64,000 nucleotides of DNA from Betaproteobacteria bacterium. Lineage in GTDB: Bacteria > Pseudomonadota > Gammaproteobacteria > Burkholderiales > SG8-41. The stretch is from assembly GCA_016192825.1 (NCBI GenBank), contig JACPTK010000091.1, positions 8,382-72,381 on the forward strand. The letters are read 5' to 3'. The notes below the pieces were generated by a model. The model saw only the letters and a program-made list of their open reading frames with translations. It had not been told where the DNA came from and did no database searches. The translations under genes were made by a program, and so were the position numbers. This document shows, piece after piece, positions 40,275-50,426 of this stretch (positions within the stretch are counted from its first letter, which is position 1; every line of letters starts with the position of its first letter).

Positions 40275-41151
40275 ACGGAATTCAGTAATGCGACGGGAAT
40301 CGAGTCACGAGTCACGAGTCACGAGTCACCGCGCTCCTCGAGCGCGCGGGGTGACGCTGGTCGAGATGATCGTGGTGATCGCGATCACCGGCATCGTCGC
40401 GGCGGCAATCGCCATATTCGTCCGTAGTCCCGTAGAGGGTTACGTGGACGCCGCGCGGCGCGCGGAGCTGACCGACATCGCCGACACGGCGCTGCGCCGC
40501 ATTACCCGCGACCTGCGTACCGCGCTGCCGAACAGCATCCGCACCACCACTTCCGGCAACGTTCGCTACATCGAGTATCTCCAGACCAAGGGCGGTGGAC
40601 GCTATCGCGCGGACAAGGATTCGGGCGGGGCAGGATTCCCTCTCGACGTCACGGCGGCGATCTCCGATTTCGACGTCATCGGCACGATGCCGGCGCTCGC
40701 GAGCGGCGATTCGATCGTCATATACAACCTCACCGCCGACTCCGCCGTGCCCACCGGCAATGCCTATGCCGGCGACAATCGCGAGGCGTACTCCAGCAAT
40801 ACCGCGACGACCATCACGCTCGGCGCGGCCAAGCAATTTCCGTTCGCTTCGCCGGGCAAGCGTTTCCAGGTCGTGCAGTATCCCGTGACGTATTCATGCG
40901 ATCCCCTTCCGCTGGGAACGGGACAGTTGCGCCGCTATTGGGGCTATTCAATTGCAGCCGTCCAGCCCACGCCGCCCGCCGGGGGCAGCAACGCGCTGCT
41001 CGCGACCAACGTGTCCGATTGCAGCTTCTCCTACGACCCGGCCACCGGCGCGTCCGGGCGAACGGGCGTGGTGGCGCTGATCCTGCAGATCGAGCAAAGC
41101 GGCGAGAAGGTGCGGCTTTTCCAGCAGGTGCACGTCAGCAATGTTCCCTGA
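40261..41151 (+). CDS. mshO: MSHA minor pilin
   Basis: RG|VTLVEM, RDLRTALPNSIR, GGRYR, QVHVSNVP; leader holds CGAGTCA x4 (40301-40328). Confidence 0.88.
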   Translation: MRCHKRNSVMRRESSHESRVTSHRAPRARGVTLVEMIVVIAITGIVAAAIAIFVRSPVEGYVDAARRAELTDIADTALRRITRDLRTALPNSIRTTTSGNVRYIEYLQTKGGGRYRADKDSGGAGFPLDVTAAISDFDVIGTMPALASGDSIVIYNLTADSAVPTGNAYAGDNREAYSSNTATTITLGAAKQFPFASPGKRFQVVQYPVTYSCDPLPLGTGQLRRYWGYSIAAVQPTPPAGGSNALLATNVSDCSFSYDPATGASGRTGVVALILQIEQSGEKVRLFQQVHVSNVP

Positions 41152-41707
41152 CACGAGCCACGAGCCACGAGCCACGAGCCACGAGCCGCCACGCGCGCGC
41201 CGGCGCGCGGCAGGCGGCTTCAGCATCGTCACCGCCATCTTCCTCATCGTGGTGCTGGCCGCGCTGGGCGCGTTCATCGTCTCGGTGAGCGGGCTTCAGC
41301 AGTCGAGCAGCCAGCTCGATGTCCAGGGCGTACGCGCCTACCAGGCGGCGCGGGCGGGAATCGAATGGGCGGCGTATCAAGTGCTCGATCCCAACAACAA
41401 CCAGCCCGGTATTGGGGGAACGGACAATCTTCCGGCGTGTCCAGCGCCGACGACCACTCTTCCCAGCCTGGCCGGTTCGCTGTCGGTATTCACCGTAACG
41501 GTAACCTGCAGCGACAACGTAGGCGCCGGCGTCACGGAAGGAAACCGCAAGATCGCGACCTACGAAGTCGTGTCCACCGCCTGCAACCAATCACCATGCC
41601 CCAATCCCTCGCCCGGGACGGGTTATGTGGAACGCCGGTTGACCGCCGTTTTGAGCAAGTGCAAGGATCCGACCGCGGCGGCCCCGCGGTTCGCGTGCGG
41701 AGGATGA
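41141..41707 (+). CDS. mshP: MSHA minor pilin
   Basis: GG|FSIVTAIFLIVVLAALG, RAYQAARAGIEW, YVER; leader holds CACGAGC x5 (41152-41186). Confidence 0.88.
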   Translation: MFPDTSHEPRATSHEPPRARRRAAGGFSIVTAIFLIVVLAALGAFIVSVSGLQQSSSQLDVQGVRAYQAARAGIEWAAYQVLDPNNNQPGIGGTDNLPACPAPTTTLPSLAGSLSVFTVTVTCSDNVGAGVTEGNRKIATYEVVSTACNQSPCPNPSPGTGYVERRLTAVLSKCKDPTAAAPRFACGG

Positions 41708-41714
41708 ACTGAGC

Positions 41715-44700
41715 ATGCTCCGCAGTCGTGACCTCGCTGTTGTCGCAATCGCGATGGGGATGTTCGGTTACACCGCGAGCGCGCTTGCGCTGACCTGCCA
41801 ATCGAACGCCAACGGAAACTGGAACGCCGCAGGCACGTGGACGACCTGCGGAGGAGGCATTCCCGGCGCCGGGGACGATGTCCAGATACGCAACGCGAAC
41901 ACGGTCACCATCCCTGCGGGCTACGCTGCGGCGGCCAATTCGGTCACCTTCACGGTTTCGAACGGAACCGCGAACCTTACCCATGCCGCGGCAACCAGCA
42001 CGATCACCGTGGGGGCCGGCGGCGCCACGATCAATTCGCCCGGCAACAACAACAGCAAGAACTGGAACATCAACGCTGGCAGCGCCACCGTCAATGGCGC
42101 CCTCAGCATGAACGGGGGAGGCAACAACAGCCGATTTGCCAGCATTGTGATCACCACAGGTTCTCTGGATGTCAATGGCGGCGTGACGATGACTGCTGCC
42201 AATGCCGTGCGGACGGTAATTGACATGAGCGGCGGCGCCGGAAATCTTTTCATTGCCGGAAGTTTCAGCCTCGCCTCGGGAAACGGCACGCTCACTCCCG
42301 GAACCACCAGTACTGTCACCTACGATTCCGCGACAACACCGGTGACGGTCGCCACCGGCAGCAGCATCGCCTACAACCATCTCGTGATCGCCAAGGGCGC
42401 GGGCAACGTCGCAGACGCGGCGACGACGGGCACTCTGACCGTGGGGGGCAACCTGACGGTCACCTCCGGAACGTTCAACATCCCGGGCATCACGGCGACC
42501 ATTACCGGGACTACCAGCGTAACGGGTACTTTGGGATTCATCACGGCGGCTACCGGGACGAAGACCTTCAGCGGCGCCGTGACGGTGAACGCCGGCGGAA
42601 CCTGGAGCAATGCCGTGAACGCCAACGTGACCCTCGGTAACGGTCTCACTAACGATGGCACATTTGGCGCTGGCGACGGCGCCTACACCCTGACCGGCAG
42701 TCTGACCAATGGCGACACGTTCAATGCCGGCACCGGCAACTTCAGCCTGACCGGCAATTTCACCAACAACGGCACGTTCAATTCCTCGACCGGGACCTTC
42801 ACCTTCAACGGCGGCGCGGCGCAAAGCGTCAGTGGAAGCAGCGGCGCCACGGGCTTCGCCAACCTTGCGCTGAACAACGCCAACGGGCTGTCGCTGGCCG
42901 GCACGCACGATGTGACCGTGTCAACGCTGCTCACCCTGACTTCGGGGCGCATCACGACCAATGCCAACGTTATTGCCATCTCGAACGGCTCGAATGTCAC
43001 CGGCGCCGGGGCGAACAACTTCATCAACGGCAATCTGCGCAAGACAGTGGGCGCGGGCGGCTGCACGACCTGCAATTTCGAGATCGGTTCCGAAACCGGA
43101 GGGGTCCGCTATACGCCCGTGACCAGCGTCGCATTCACGGGGATCACGACCGGCGGCAGCGTGACCGCCGGCACGGTGGCGGCGGAGCATCCCAACATCT
43201 CGACTTCCGGCCTCGACGACACGCTCGACGTGAATCGCTACTGGACCCTGGCCAATTCGGGCGTCGTGTTCACGGATTACGGCGCGACGTTCAACTGGGT
43301 CGCGGCGGACCTCGACGCCGGCGCGGACACGACGATCTTTGAAATGACGCGCTTTGATCCGCCGGCCCCGGCGGCCGGCGCGTGGAGCAGCACCGTGACC
43401 GGGACCCGCACCGCGACCAGCATTCAAATCACCGGGGTCACCGGCTTCGGGGATTTCGCCGTCGGGCAGCCGCTGGCGGCGGCGGCCGGAATCGGGCGGT
43501 TCAACGCCTACGACACCACGACCGCGGCAGGCGCGGTCACCGGATTCATCACGACGAAGGTCGCCGGCGCCGCGTTCAACGTGGACATTATCGCCATCAG
43601 GAACAACCGCAAGGACATCGACACGGCCTTTACCGGAACGGTGCGGGTCGAGCTGCTCGACGCGAGCGACAACAGCGGGGCGGCCGACGCGGCCACCGGC
43701 TGCCGCGCGAGCTGGGCGGTGATCCAGACGATTGCGCCGGACCCGGCATTCGTCGGCGGCGACAACGGCCGCAAGACCATTGCCGTCACCGAGAACAACG
43801 CCTGGCGCGAAGCCCGGTTCCGAATCAGCGATTTCCCCGCCGGCAAGCTCGTCGGCTGCTCGACCGACGCCTTTGCGATTCGTCCCGATACCCTGGCCAG
43901 TTTCAGTGTGAGCGACACCGACTGGCAGACGGCCGGCACGATGCGTACTCTGAACGACCCGACATTCGGGACCACTACTCATAAGGCGGGCCGGCCGTTC
44001 AGCGTCCGCGCGACCGCCGTCAATGGCGCTGGCACACCGGCGACCACCACCAACTACGCCGGGGCGCCAACCGCCAGCGTCACCGCGTGCGCGGGCGCGG
44101 CATGCACGGCGACCTTCGGCACGCTTACGCTCGCCACCACCTTCGTGGCGGGCCAACTGGCGTCCGATATCGCTACCTACGGCGAAGTGGGCTCCTTCAA
44201 CCTGCAGCTGGTGGATTCCGCGTTTGCGATCATCGATGCCGCCGATGGCACGCCGGCGGACTGCACGGCGACGGGTCGCCACGTATGCAGCGGAACGATA
44301 GCCGTGGGGCGATTCGTTCCCGACCATTTTGCGGTTGCGCTCAACACGCCGCAGTTCGGCACCGCCTGTGGCGGCGGTTTCACCTATATCGGTCAGTCGT
44401 TCAGCTACACCACCGCCCCGCAGATTACCGTCGCGGCCCAGGATTTCAGCAACAACCCGACCACGCTTTATACCGGCGGCTGGTGGAGGATAACGAACAC
44501 GAGCGTGGCGCCGGCGACGCAAGCCGGGCGCTACTCCGCGGCCGCGGGAACGCTGGACGTGACCGGGCTGCCGGCGACTGCCGCCGATCCGGTGATCGTG
44601 GACGCGGGCAGCGGCTCGGGCACGCTCACGTTCGGCTCCGGCACGGGCCTCCTGTTCGGCCGCACGACGCCGGTTGCTCCATTCGATGCGGATATCAGCG

Positions 44701-45311
44701 TCGCGGTCAACGTGATTGACGCCGACGGAGTCGCTTACGCCAGCAACCCGGCCGGTTTCGGCGCGGCCACCGCGGGCAACGGCATCAGCTTCAGCGCCGG
44801 CAAGCCGATGCGCTTCGGCCGGCTCGTCATACGGAACGCAAACGGATCGCAACTCCTGCCGCTTCCCGTTCTGCTGGAAACCCAGTACTCGAACGGCACG
44901 GCGTTCGTTACCAATGCCAGCGACAATTGCACCGCGATCGCGGCGTCGGCGGCAGCGTCCAACGTTGCCATGAGCGGATTTACAGGCAACCTCACCGATA
45001 CCCCCACCTGTGAAACGGCCCTGAGCGGCGGGGGCACGTTCAGCTCAGGGCGCAAGACATTCCTGTTAGCGGCTCCCGGCAGCGGCAATAACGGCAGCGT
45101 CAATCTGACAGTCAATCTGGGCTCCGCCGCTGCGCTCGGGACGACCTGCCGCAGCACCGGTGATGCATCCGTGGCGGATTCCGGAGCCAACCTATTGTTT
45201 CTGAGAGGCAATTGGACCGGTGGTGCCTACGATCAGAACCCCGGGGCGCGAGCGACCTTCGGGGTTTATACCGGCGCGGAGGAAGTCATCTTTATCCGCG
45301 AAACCTTCTGA
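41715..45311 (+). CDS. mshQ: MshQ-like pilus adhesin (G/T/N-rich beta-helix-like N-half + DUF6701-like C-terminus)
   Basis: Signal peptide; GRFVPDHF, FTYIGQ, MRFGRL, NANGS, ARATFGVY...IFIRE. Confidence 0.82.
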   Translation: MLRSRDLAVVAIAMGMFGYTASALALTCQSNANGNWNAAGTWTTCGGGIPGAGDDVQIRNANTVTIPAGYAAAANSVTFTVSNGTANLTHAAATSTITVGAGGATINSPGNNNSKNWNINAGSATVNGALSMNGGGNNSRFASIVITTGSLDVNGGVTMTAANAVRTVIDMSGGAGNLFIAGSFSLASGNGTLTPGTTSTVTYDSATTPVTVATGSSIAYNHLVIAKGAGNVADAATTGTLTVGGNLTVTSGTFNIPGITATITGTTSVTGTLGFITAATGTKTFSGAVTVNAGGTWSNAVNANVTLGNGLTNDGTFGAGDGAYTLTGSLTNGDTFNAGTGNFSLTGNFTNNGTFNSSTGTFTFNGGAAQSVSGSSGATGFANLALNNANGLSLAGTHDVTVSTLLTLTSGRITTNANVIAISNGSNVTGAGANNFINGNLRKTVGAGGCTTCNFEIGSETGGVRYTPVTSVAFTGITTGGSVTAGTVAAEHPNISTSGLDDTLDVNRYWTLANSGVVFTDYGATFNWVAADLDAGADTTIFEMTRFDPPAPAAGAWSSTVTGTRTATSIQITGVTGFGDFAVGQPLAAAAGIGRFNAYDTTTAAGAVTGFITTKVAGAAFNVDIIAIRNNRKDIDTAFTGTVRVELLDASDNSGAADAATGCRASWAVIQTIAPDPAFVGGDNGRKTIAVTENNAWREARFRISDFPAGKLVGCSTDAFAIRPDTLASFSVSDTDWQTAGTMRTLNDPTFGTTTHKAGRPFSVRATAVNGAGTPATTTNYAGAPTASVTACAGAACTATFGTLTLATTFVAGQLASDIATYGEVGSFNLQLVDSAFAIIDAADGTPADCTATGRHVCSGTIAVGRFVPDHFAVALNTPQFGTACGGGFTYIGQSFSYTTAPQITVAAQDFSNNPTTLYTGGWWRITNTSVAPATQAGRYSAAAGTLDVTGLPATAADPVIVDAGSGSGTLTFGSGTGLLFGRTTPVAPFDADISVAVNVIDADGVAYASNPAGFGAATAGNGISFSAGKPMRFGRLVIRNANGSQLLPLPVLLETQYSNGTAFVTNASDNCTAIAASAAASNVAMSGFTGNLTDTPTCETALSGGGTFSSGRKTFLLAAPGSGNNGSVNLTVNLGSAAALGTTCRSTGDASVADSGANLLFLRGNWTGGAYDQNPGARATFGVYTGAEEVIFIRETF

Positions 45312-45524
45312 AGCCTGGCAATTTCCGGCATCGTCAATTCTCCGCAACTCGTTGAACACTAGTGGAATCTCTGCGCTGGCGGGGGTGCTGATTTGGAGAT
45401 GGCATTGGGTTTCCCCAAGTGAGTTAGCTGGTTACGCAACAGCGCTTGCAGGACCGTTCAAAAAAACGCTCCAACGCCTTGACATTATTGAATTTTATGG
45501 TAGTTTCCTTTAATTGGTCAAACC

Positions 45525-45804
45525 AGGAGCTTGACGAACCTGCGTCCGACAAGCTCCTTAGGCAAAACCGCCCCGGAAAAAACATGCGAAAGTGCCGTCA
45601 AGCAACCCGCGGAAACGCCCTCCCTGCGTGTTGCCCTAGCGGCCTGTCGGACTTGGTATACCGACAGGCTGCTAACGGAGTTTGTCGGCCCAAGTCCGAC
45701 AAACTCCTGGGTGAAATGACCGTGGAATTAAACGTTATTCAAAAAAAGTGGGGCGGTTTTGCTTTTAGCGGCCTGTCGGACCACCAAAGTCCGACAGGCC
45801 GCTA
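45525..45804. mobile_element. Composite palindrome cluster (four ~35-bp palindromes + GCAAAACCGCCC/GGGCGGTTTTGC)
   Basis: Palindromes at 45525-45558, 45637-45674, 45677-45707, 45766-45804. Confidence 0.65.
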
Positions 45805-45815
45805 GGCCCTGGAAA

Positions 45816-46757
45816 ATGCGGCTATTCGGTTCCAACGGGCGGAAACCGGACTGGATATGCATCAACGTGCTGCCGGAACGGGTGGACGTGTGTCATGTCC
45901 GCGCGGCCGGCAAGGCGCGCCCCGAAATCTTGCTGTGCGATTCCTATCGCAAGGAGGGCGGCGATGCGGCGACGCTCGGCCGCCTGCGGCGCGAGCTGCG
46001 CCTCGACCGCTACCACTGCACCACGTTGCTGAAGGGCGGCGACTACCAGATCGTGCAGGTGGAGGCGCCGGACGTGCCGGAGCCGGAGGTCAAGAGCGCG
46101 GTGCGCTGGCGCATCAAGGACATGATCGATTATCCAGTGGAAACGGCCACGGTGGACGCGGTATTCGTCCCGGCGGAGGCCGGGGCGGCGGGCCACGCGC
46201 GGCAGATGCTCGCGGTCGCGGCGAAAAACGACCTGATTGCCGCCAGCATCAAGCCGTTCAACGACGCCGATATCCCGCTCGAAGTGATCGACATCCCGGA
46301 GTTCGCTCAACGTAACCTCGCCCACCGCCTCGAGCTGGCGGGGCGCGGGCTGGCGCTGCTTGCTCTCGACGAGCGCGGCGGGCTGCTGACTTTCACCTGC
46401 GACGGCGAGCTCTACCAGCATCGCCGCATCGAGGTCTCCCTCACGAGTTTCGCCGCCGCCGGTCCCGAGGAGCGCAAGGCTCTCTACGACCGCCTGGTAC
46501 TGGAATTGCAGCGTTCGCTCGACCACTTCGACCGCCAGTTCCGCCATATCACGGTCGCGAGGGTGATGGTGACGCCGGTGCCCGGTGCGGACGATCTCCG
46601 GGAGCATCTCGCCGCCGGCCTCGACGTGCCGGTGGCGCTGGTCCACCTGTCGGAAATCATGGATTTTCCGCACATTCCGGAGCTGCACGAGGAGGCGCGC
46701 CAGGCGCAGTGCCTGCAGTTGATCGGCGCGGCGCTGCGGGAGGAGGCAGCGGCATGA
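45816..46757 (+). CDS. mshI: MSHA biogenesis protein (PilM-like)
   Basis: YQIVQVEAPDVP...AVRWRIKD, IDIPEFAQRN, LELQRSLDHFDRQ. Confidence 0.88.
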   Translation: MRLFGSNGRKPDWICINVLPERVDVCHVRAAGKARPEILLCDSYRKEGGDAATLGRLRRELRLDRYHCTTLLKGGDYQIVQVEAPDVPEPEVKSAVRWRIKDMIDYPVETATVDAVFVPAEAGAAGHARQMLAVAAKNDLIAASIKPFNDADIPLEVIDIPEFAQRNLAHRLELAGRGLALLALDERGGLLTFTCDGELYQHRRIEVSLTSFAAAGPEERKALYDRLVLELQRSLDHFDRQFRHITVARVMVTPVPGADDLREHLAAGLDVPVALVHLSEIMDFPHIPELHEEARQAQCLQLIGAALREEAAA

Positions 46758-46870
46758 TCGCCCGGACCCGGGATACGGGATTCGAGATTCGGGTTGCGGG
46801 TCGTCCGTTATGCCGGCGCCGACGCGAAGATGTCTGTCCGACCGCCGGAGTTTCGGAGGCGCCGGCATGA
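46754..46870 (+). other. 38-codon spacer ORF carrying a CGGGATT-type heptamer tract, with ATGA overlaps at both ends
   Basis: MIARTRDTGFEIRVAGR...SEAPA*; junction sequence ggaggc-NN-cggcatga at 46742-46757 and 46855-46870. Confidence 0.6.
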
Positions 46871-47523
46871 GCCAGAACATCAACCTGTTCAACCCCGCGT
46901 TCCGCAGGAAGCGGCAGGTGCTGACGCTGATGACGGTCGTGCAGTGCGTGGGAATCACGCTCGCCGCGCTGGCCGGTTACCAGTACTTCCTGCAGCAGCA
47001 GGTCAATGGCCTGACCGTGGAACTGCAGGCTGCGGACGGCCTGCTCCGGTCGCAGCGCGGCTTCCTGGAAAAGGCCAGGGCCAAGGCCGCGGCGCCCAAG
47101 GCCGACACCCAGCTCGACGCCGACATCGCGCGCCTCGAGGCCGAGCTGAAGAACGCGCGCGAGGCGATGGTCGTGCTGAAGGGCGGCGCGTTCGGCAACC
47201 AGCAGGGTTTCGCCGAGTACCTGCGCGCCTTTTCGCGGCAATCGCTGAACGGGCTTTGGCTTACCGGGTTCACCATCGCCGGCAGCGGCGAGCTGGAGAT
47301 CCGCGGCCGGGTGTTGAGCCCCGACCTCGTGCCGAGCTACATCCAGCGCCTCAACCGGGAGCAGGTGCTCGCGGGCCGCAGCTTCGCGAGGCTGGAGATG
47401 AGCCGGCCGAAAGCCGCGCCCGCGCCGGACAAGGATGCGAAAAAAGCAGCCCCGCGCGTGCCGCGCTACCTGGAGTTCAGCCTGGCCACGACCGACGCGG
47501 CGAGAACGGGGAAGACGCCGTGA
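46867..47523 (+). CDS. MSHA PilN-like protein (MshI2)
   Basis: MSQNINL, TM, coiled coil, GLWLTG, VPSYIQRL. Confidence 0.85.
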   Translation: MSQNINLFNPAFRRKRQVLTLMTVVQCVGITLAALAGYQYFLQQQVNGLTVELQAADGLLRSQRGFLEKARAKAAAPKADTQLDADIARLEAELKNAREAMVVLKGGAFGNQQGFAEYLRAFSRQSLNGLWLTGFTIAGSGELEIRGRVLSPDLVPSYIQRLNREQVLAGRSFARLEMSRPKAAPAPDKDAKKAAPRVPRYLEFSLATTDAARTGKTP

Positions 47524-48209
47524 AGGAACGGTGGCAGAAGCTCGCTGCCCGGTTCGACGCGCTGATGGTGCGCGAGCGCGTGCTGGTCCTGGTCGCGGCC
47601 ATCGTCGGCATCGCCCTGGTATTCGACACGCTGGCGATCCGGCCGCTCGAAATGCGCAAGAAGCGCCTCGAGCAGCAGGTCGCGGAATCGCGCCAGCACA
47701 TCAAGACCGCCGACGCCGTGATGAGGGCGCAGGCCACCGTGGCCGATCCCGACGCCGTGAAGCGCTCGTACCGCGACGCGCTGCGCAAGCAGCTCGCCGG
47801 GATCGACCAGGACATGCAGGGGCTGCAGCGCGGCCTGGTGCCGCCCGAGCGCATGGCGAAGCTGATGGAGGAAATGCTCTCGCACAGCCGCGGCCTGCAA
47901 CTCGTCTCGCTGCGCACCCTGCCGGCGCAACGAATCGAGACTCCGGCCGCCGCGCCGGCGGCGAAGGCGGGCGACAAGGGCGCGCGGCCGGCGCCCAGGC
48001 CACCCGAGCGCACGATTTACCAGCACAGCTTCGAAATCGCGCTGCAGGGCACGTACGCCGATTTGCACGATTACCTCGCCCGGCTCGAGAAGCTGCCGTG
48101 GCAAATGTTCTGGGCCCGCATCAGCGTGAATACCGAGCAGTACCCGAAATTGCAGGTCGCGCTCACCGTGCAGACCCTGAGCCTGAGCAAGGCGTGGCTG
48201 ATCGTATGA
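47520..48209 (+). CDS. mshJ: MSHA biogenesis protein
   Basis: RERVLV, LVPPERM, IYQH...GTYADL..YLARLE.LPW, TLSL..AWL. Confidence 0.88.
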   Translation: MKERWQKLAARFDALMVRERVLVLVAAIVGIALVFDTLAIRPLEMRKKRLEQQVAESRQHIKTADAVMRAQATVADPDAVKRSYRDALRKQLAGIDQDMQGLQRGLVPPERMAKLMEEMLSHSRGLQLVSLRTLPAQRIETPAAAPAAKAGDKGARPAPRPPERTIYQHSFEIALQGTYADLHDYLARLEKLPWQMFWARISVNTEQYPKLQVALTVQTLSLSKAWLIV

Positions 48210-48646
48210 GCCAGTCACGAGTCACGAGTCACGAGTCACGCGCCGCCGCACTGGCGCTCATGCTCTTTTGCGCGAGTGCCGCGGCGCAAGTGACGACCGA
48301 TCCCACCCGCCCGCCCGAGGGCATGGGCGCGACCGGCATGGAGGCGGCGGGAGACGCCGGTGGCGGCATGCTGCTGCAGTCCGTGATGATTTCGCCGACG
48401 CACAAGGCCGCGATCATCAACGGCGTGATGGTGCGGCTCGGGGACAAGTTCGGCGGCGCCGTGCTGGTCAAGGTGGCGGAGAGCGAGGTGGTGCTCAAGA
48501 GCGACGGCACGAGCCAGGTGCTCAAGCTGCATCCGGGCGTGGACAAGCGCGAGGTCGTCCCGGCTGCTGCAAAGAGCGCGCCCCGCCAGGGAAAAGCACG
48601 GAGCGGCAAGGACGCCGCGGCGGCCGGCGGCACGCCGGCGCGGTAG
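48206..48646 (+). CDS. mshK: MSHA biogenesis protein with a heptamer-encoded N-terminus
   Basis: DPTRPP, LQSVMIS, AIING; AGTCACG x4 at 48213-48240. Confidence 0.85.
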   Translation: MSQSRVTSHESRAAALALMLFCASAAAQVTTDPTRPPEGMGATGMEAAGDAGGGMLLQSVMISPTHKAAIINGVMVRLGDKFGGAVLVKVAESEVVLKSDGTSQVLKLHPGVDKREVVPAAAKSAPRQGKARSGKDAAAAGGTPAR

Positions 48647-48659
48647 AGGAGAGGCGGAC

Positions 48660-50408
48660 ATGATGCCAAAGACGCTGGCGCTCGCATTGATGGTCGCTGC
48701 GGCGGGCGGCTGCGCGGAGCAGCCGGCGCGCCGCGACGCCACGTACGAGCGCATCTCCGCCGAGCTCGACAAGGCGACCAGGGAGCGCGCGCAGCCGGCC
48801 GCGCCCGACACGGTCAGCCAGGCGCTGCTGCCGCCGCTGGTGGTGGAAATGCCCAGGGCGGAAGGCAAGCCGCTCGACCAGCGCTTCGACTTGAACGTCA
48901 ACAACGCGCCGGCGGCCCAGGTGTTCATGGCGATCGTCTCCGGCACGCGCTTCAGCATGATCGTGCACCCCGAGGTGCGCGACGCCATTTCGGTGAACCT
49001 CAAGGACGTCACCGTGCTGGAGGCGCTGGATACCTTGCGCGATCTCTACGGCTACGAGTACCGCGTGCAGGGCAACCGCATCCTGGTGCAACCGGTCACC
49101 CTGCAAACCCGCGTGTTCCAGGTCAATTACCTGCACGCGCAGCGCGTCGGGCGCAGCGACCTGCGGGTGAGCTCCGGCTCCATCACCGACGCGCCGACCG
49201 CCGGCGGCGGGGCGCCGGGCGCGGCGGCCACGCCGGGCGCCGGGGCTCCCGCGCAGAGGCTCACCGAGAGCACCCGCGTCACCACCTCCTCCGACAGCAA
49301 TTTCTGGGGCGACATCGTGAAGTCGTTGAGCGCCATCGTGGGCACGGCCGACGGGCGCAGCGTGATCGTCAACCCCCAATCCGGCGTAATCGTGGTGCGC
49401 GCACTGCCGGCCGAATTGCGCTCGGTCGAGTCGTTTCTCAAGGCGATGCAGCTGATCGTCGAGCGGCAGGTGGTCCTCGAGGCGAAGATCATCGAGGTCA
49501 CGCTGCGCGACGGCTCCCAGGCCGGCGTCAACTGGGCGGCGTTCCGCGACGGCTCCACCCGCGCCGCGGCGGGCGTGATCACGCCGGGCGCGACGATCGG
49601 CAACACCGGCGCCCTCACCGCGCCCACGGCGCGGGCGGCCGACGGCACCGTCCTCGGAGGCTCCACGCTGTCGGCCACGCTCGGCACCGCCGCCTCGATC
49701 GCTGCCGGAACGGGCGTGCCCGGCGGCATATTCGGGCTCGCCCTGCAGACGCAGAATTTCGCCGCGCTGCTCGCGTTCCTGGAGACGCAGGGGATGGTGA
49801 ACGTCCTGTCCAGCCCGCGCGTCGCGACGATCAACAACCAGAAAGCGGTGCTCAAGGTCGGCACCGACGACTTCTTCGTCACCAACGTGTCGACCACCTC
49901 CACCACCAGCGGCACCAGCACGACGATCGCGCCGACCATCACCGTGCAGCCGTTCTTCTCGGGCATCGCGCTCGACGTCACGCCCCAGATCGACGAGAAC
50001 AGCAACATCATCCTGCACATCCATCCCCAGGTGAGCCAGGTGGTGGAGCGGCGCAAGGTGGTGGATCTCGGCACGCTGGGCACGTTCACGCTGCCGCTGG
50101 CGTCCAGCAGCATCAACGAGACCGACACCATCGTGCGCGTGCAGGACAGCAACATCGTGGCGATCGGCGGGCTGATGCGCCAGGAGTCGGCGACCGACGG
50201 CTCGCAGGTGCCCGGCATCGGCGAGCAGCCCGGCGTCGGCGCGTTGTTCCGGCAGCGCAGCTCGAGCAGCACGAAGAGCGAACTGGTGATCCTGCTCAAG
50301 CCCACCATCGTGCACAGCGACCGCGACTGGCAGCAGGACCTGGCCGACACCCGCGACCGCATCCGGGCGCTGGAACCCCCGCGGCGGCCCCAGCCATCCG
50401 CGCCATGA
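48660..50408 (+). CDS. mshL: MSHA secretin
   Basis: Lipobox, QVVLEAKIIEV, LSSPR, NNQKAVLKVGTD, PFFSGIALDVTPQI. Confidence 0.93.
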   Translation: MMPKTLALALMVAAAGGCAEQPARRDATYERISAELDKATRERAQPAAPDTVSQALLPPLVVEMPRAEGKPLDQRFDLNVNNAPAAQVFMAIVSGTRFSMIVHPEVRDAISVNLKDVTVLEALDTLRDLYGYEYRVQGNRILVQPVTLQTRVFQVNYLHAQRVGRSDLRVSSGSITDAPTAGGGAPGAAATPGAGAPAQRLTESTRVTTSSDSNFWGDIVKSLSAIVGTADGRSVIVNPQSGVIVVRALPAELRSVESFLKAMQLIVERQVVLEAKIIEVTLRDGSQAGVNWAAFRDGSTRAAAGVITPGATIGNTGALTAPTARAADGTVLGGSTLSATLGTAASIAAGTGVPGGIFGLALQTQNFAALLAFLETQGMVNVLSSPRVATINNQKAVLKVGTDDFFVTNVSTTSTTSGTSTTIAPTITVQPFFSGIALDVTPQIDENSNIILHIHPQVSQVVERRKVVDLGTLGTFTLPLASSSINETDTIVRVQDSNIVAIGGLMRQESATDGSQVPGIGEQPGVGALFRQRSSSSTKSELVILLKPTIVHSDRDWQQDLADTRDRIRALEPPRRPQPSAP

Positions 50409-50426
50409 CCCGACGGGATTGACGCC

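Noticed and set aside
45525-45804. CRISPR array or c-di-GMP riboswitch upstream of mshI
   Set aside because: Repeats are non-identical palindromes of two types with irregular spacing and no cas genes; the riboswitch consensus is not convincingly matched.
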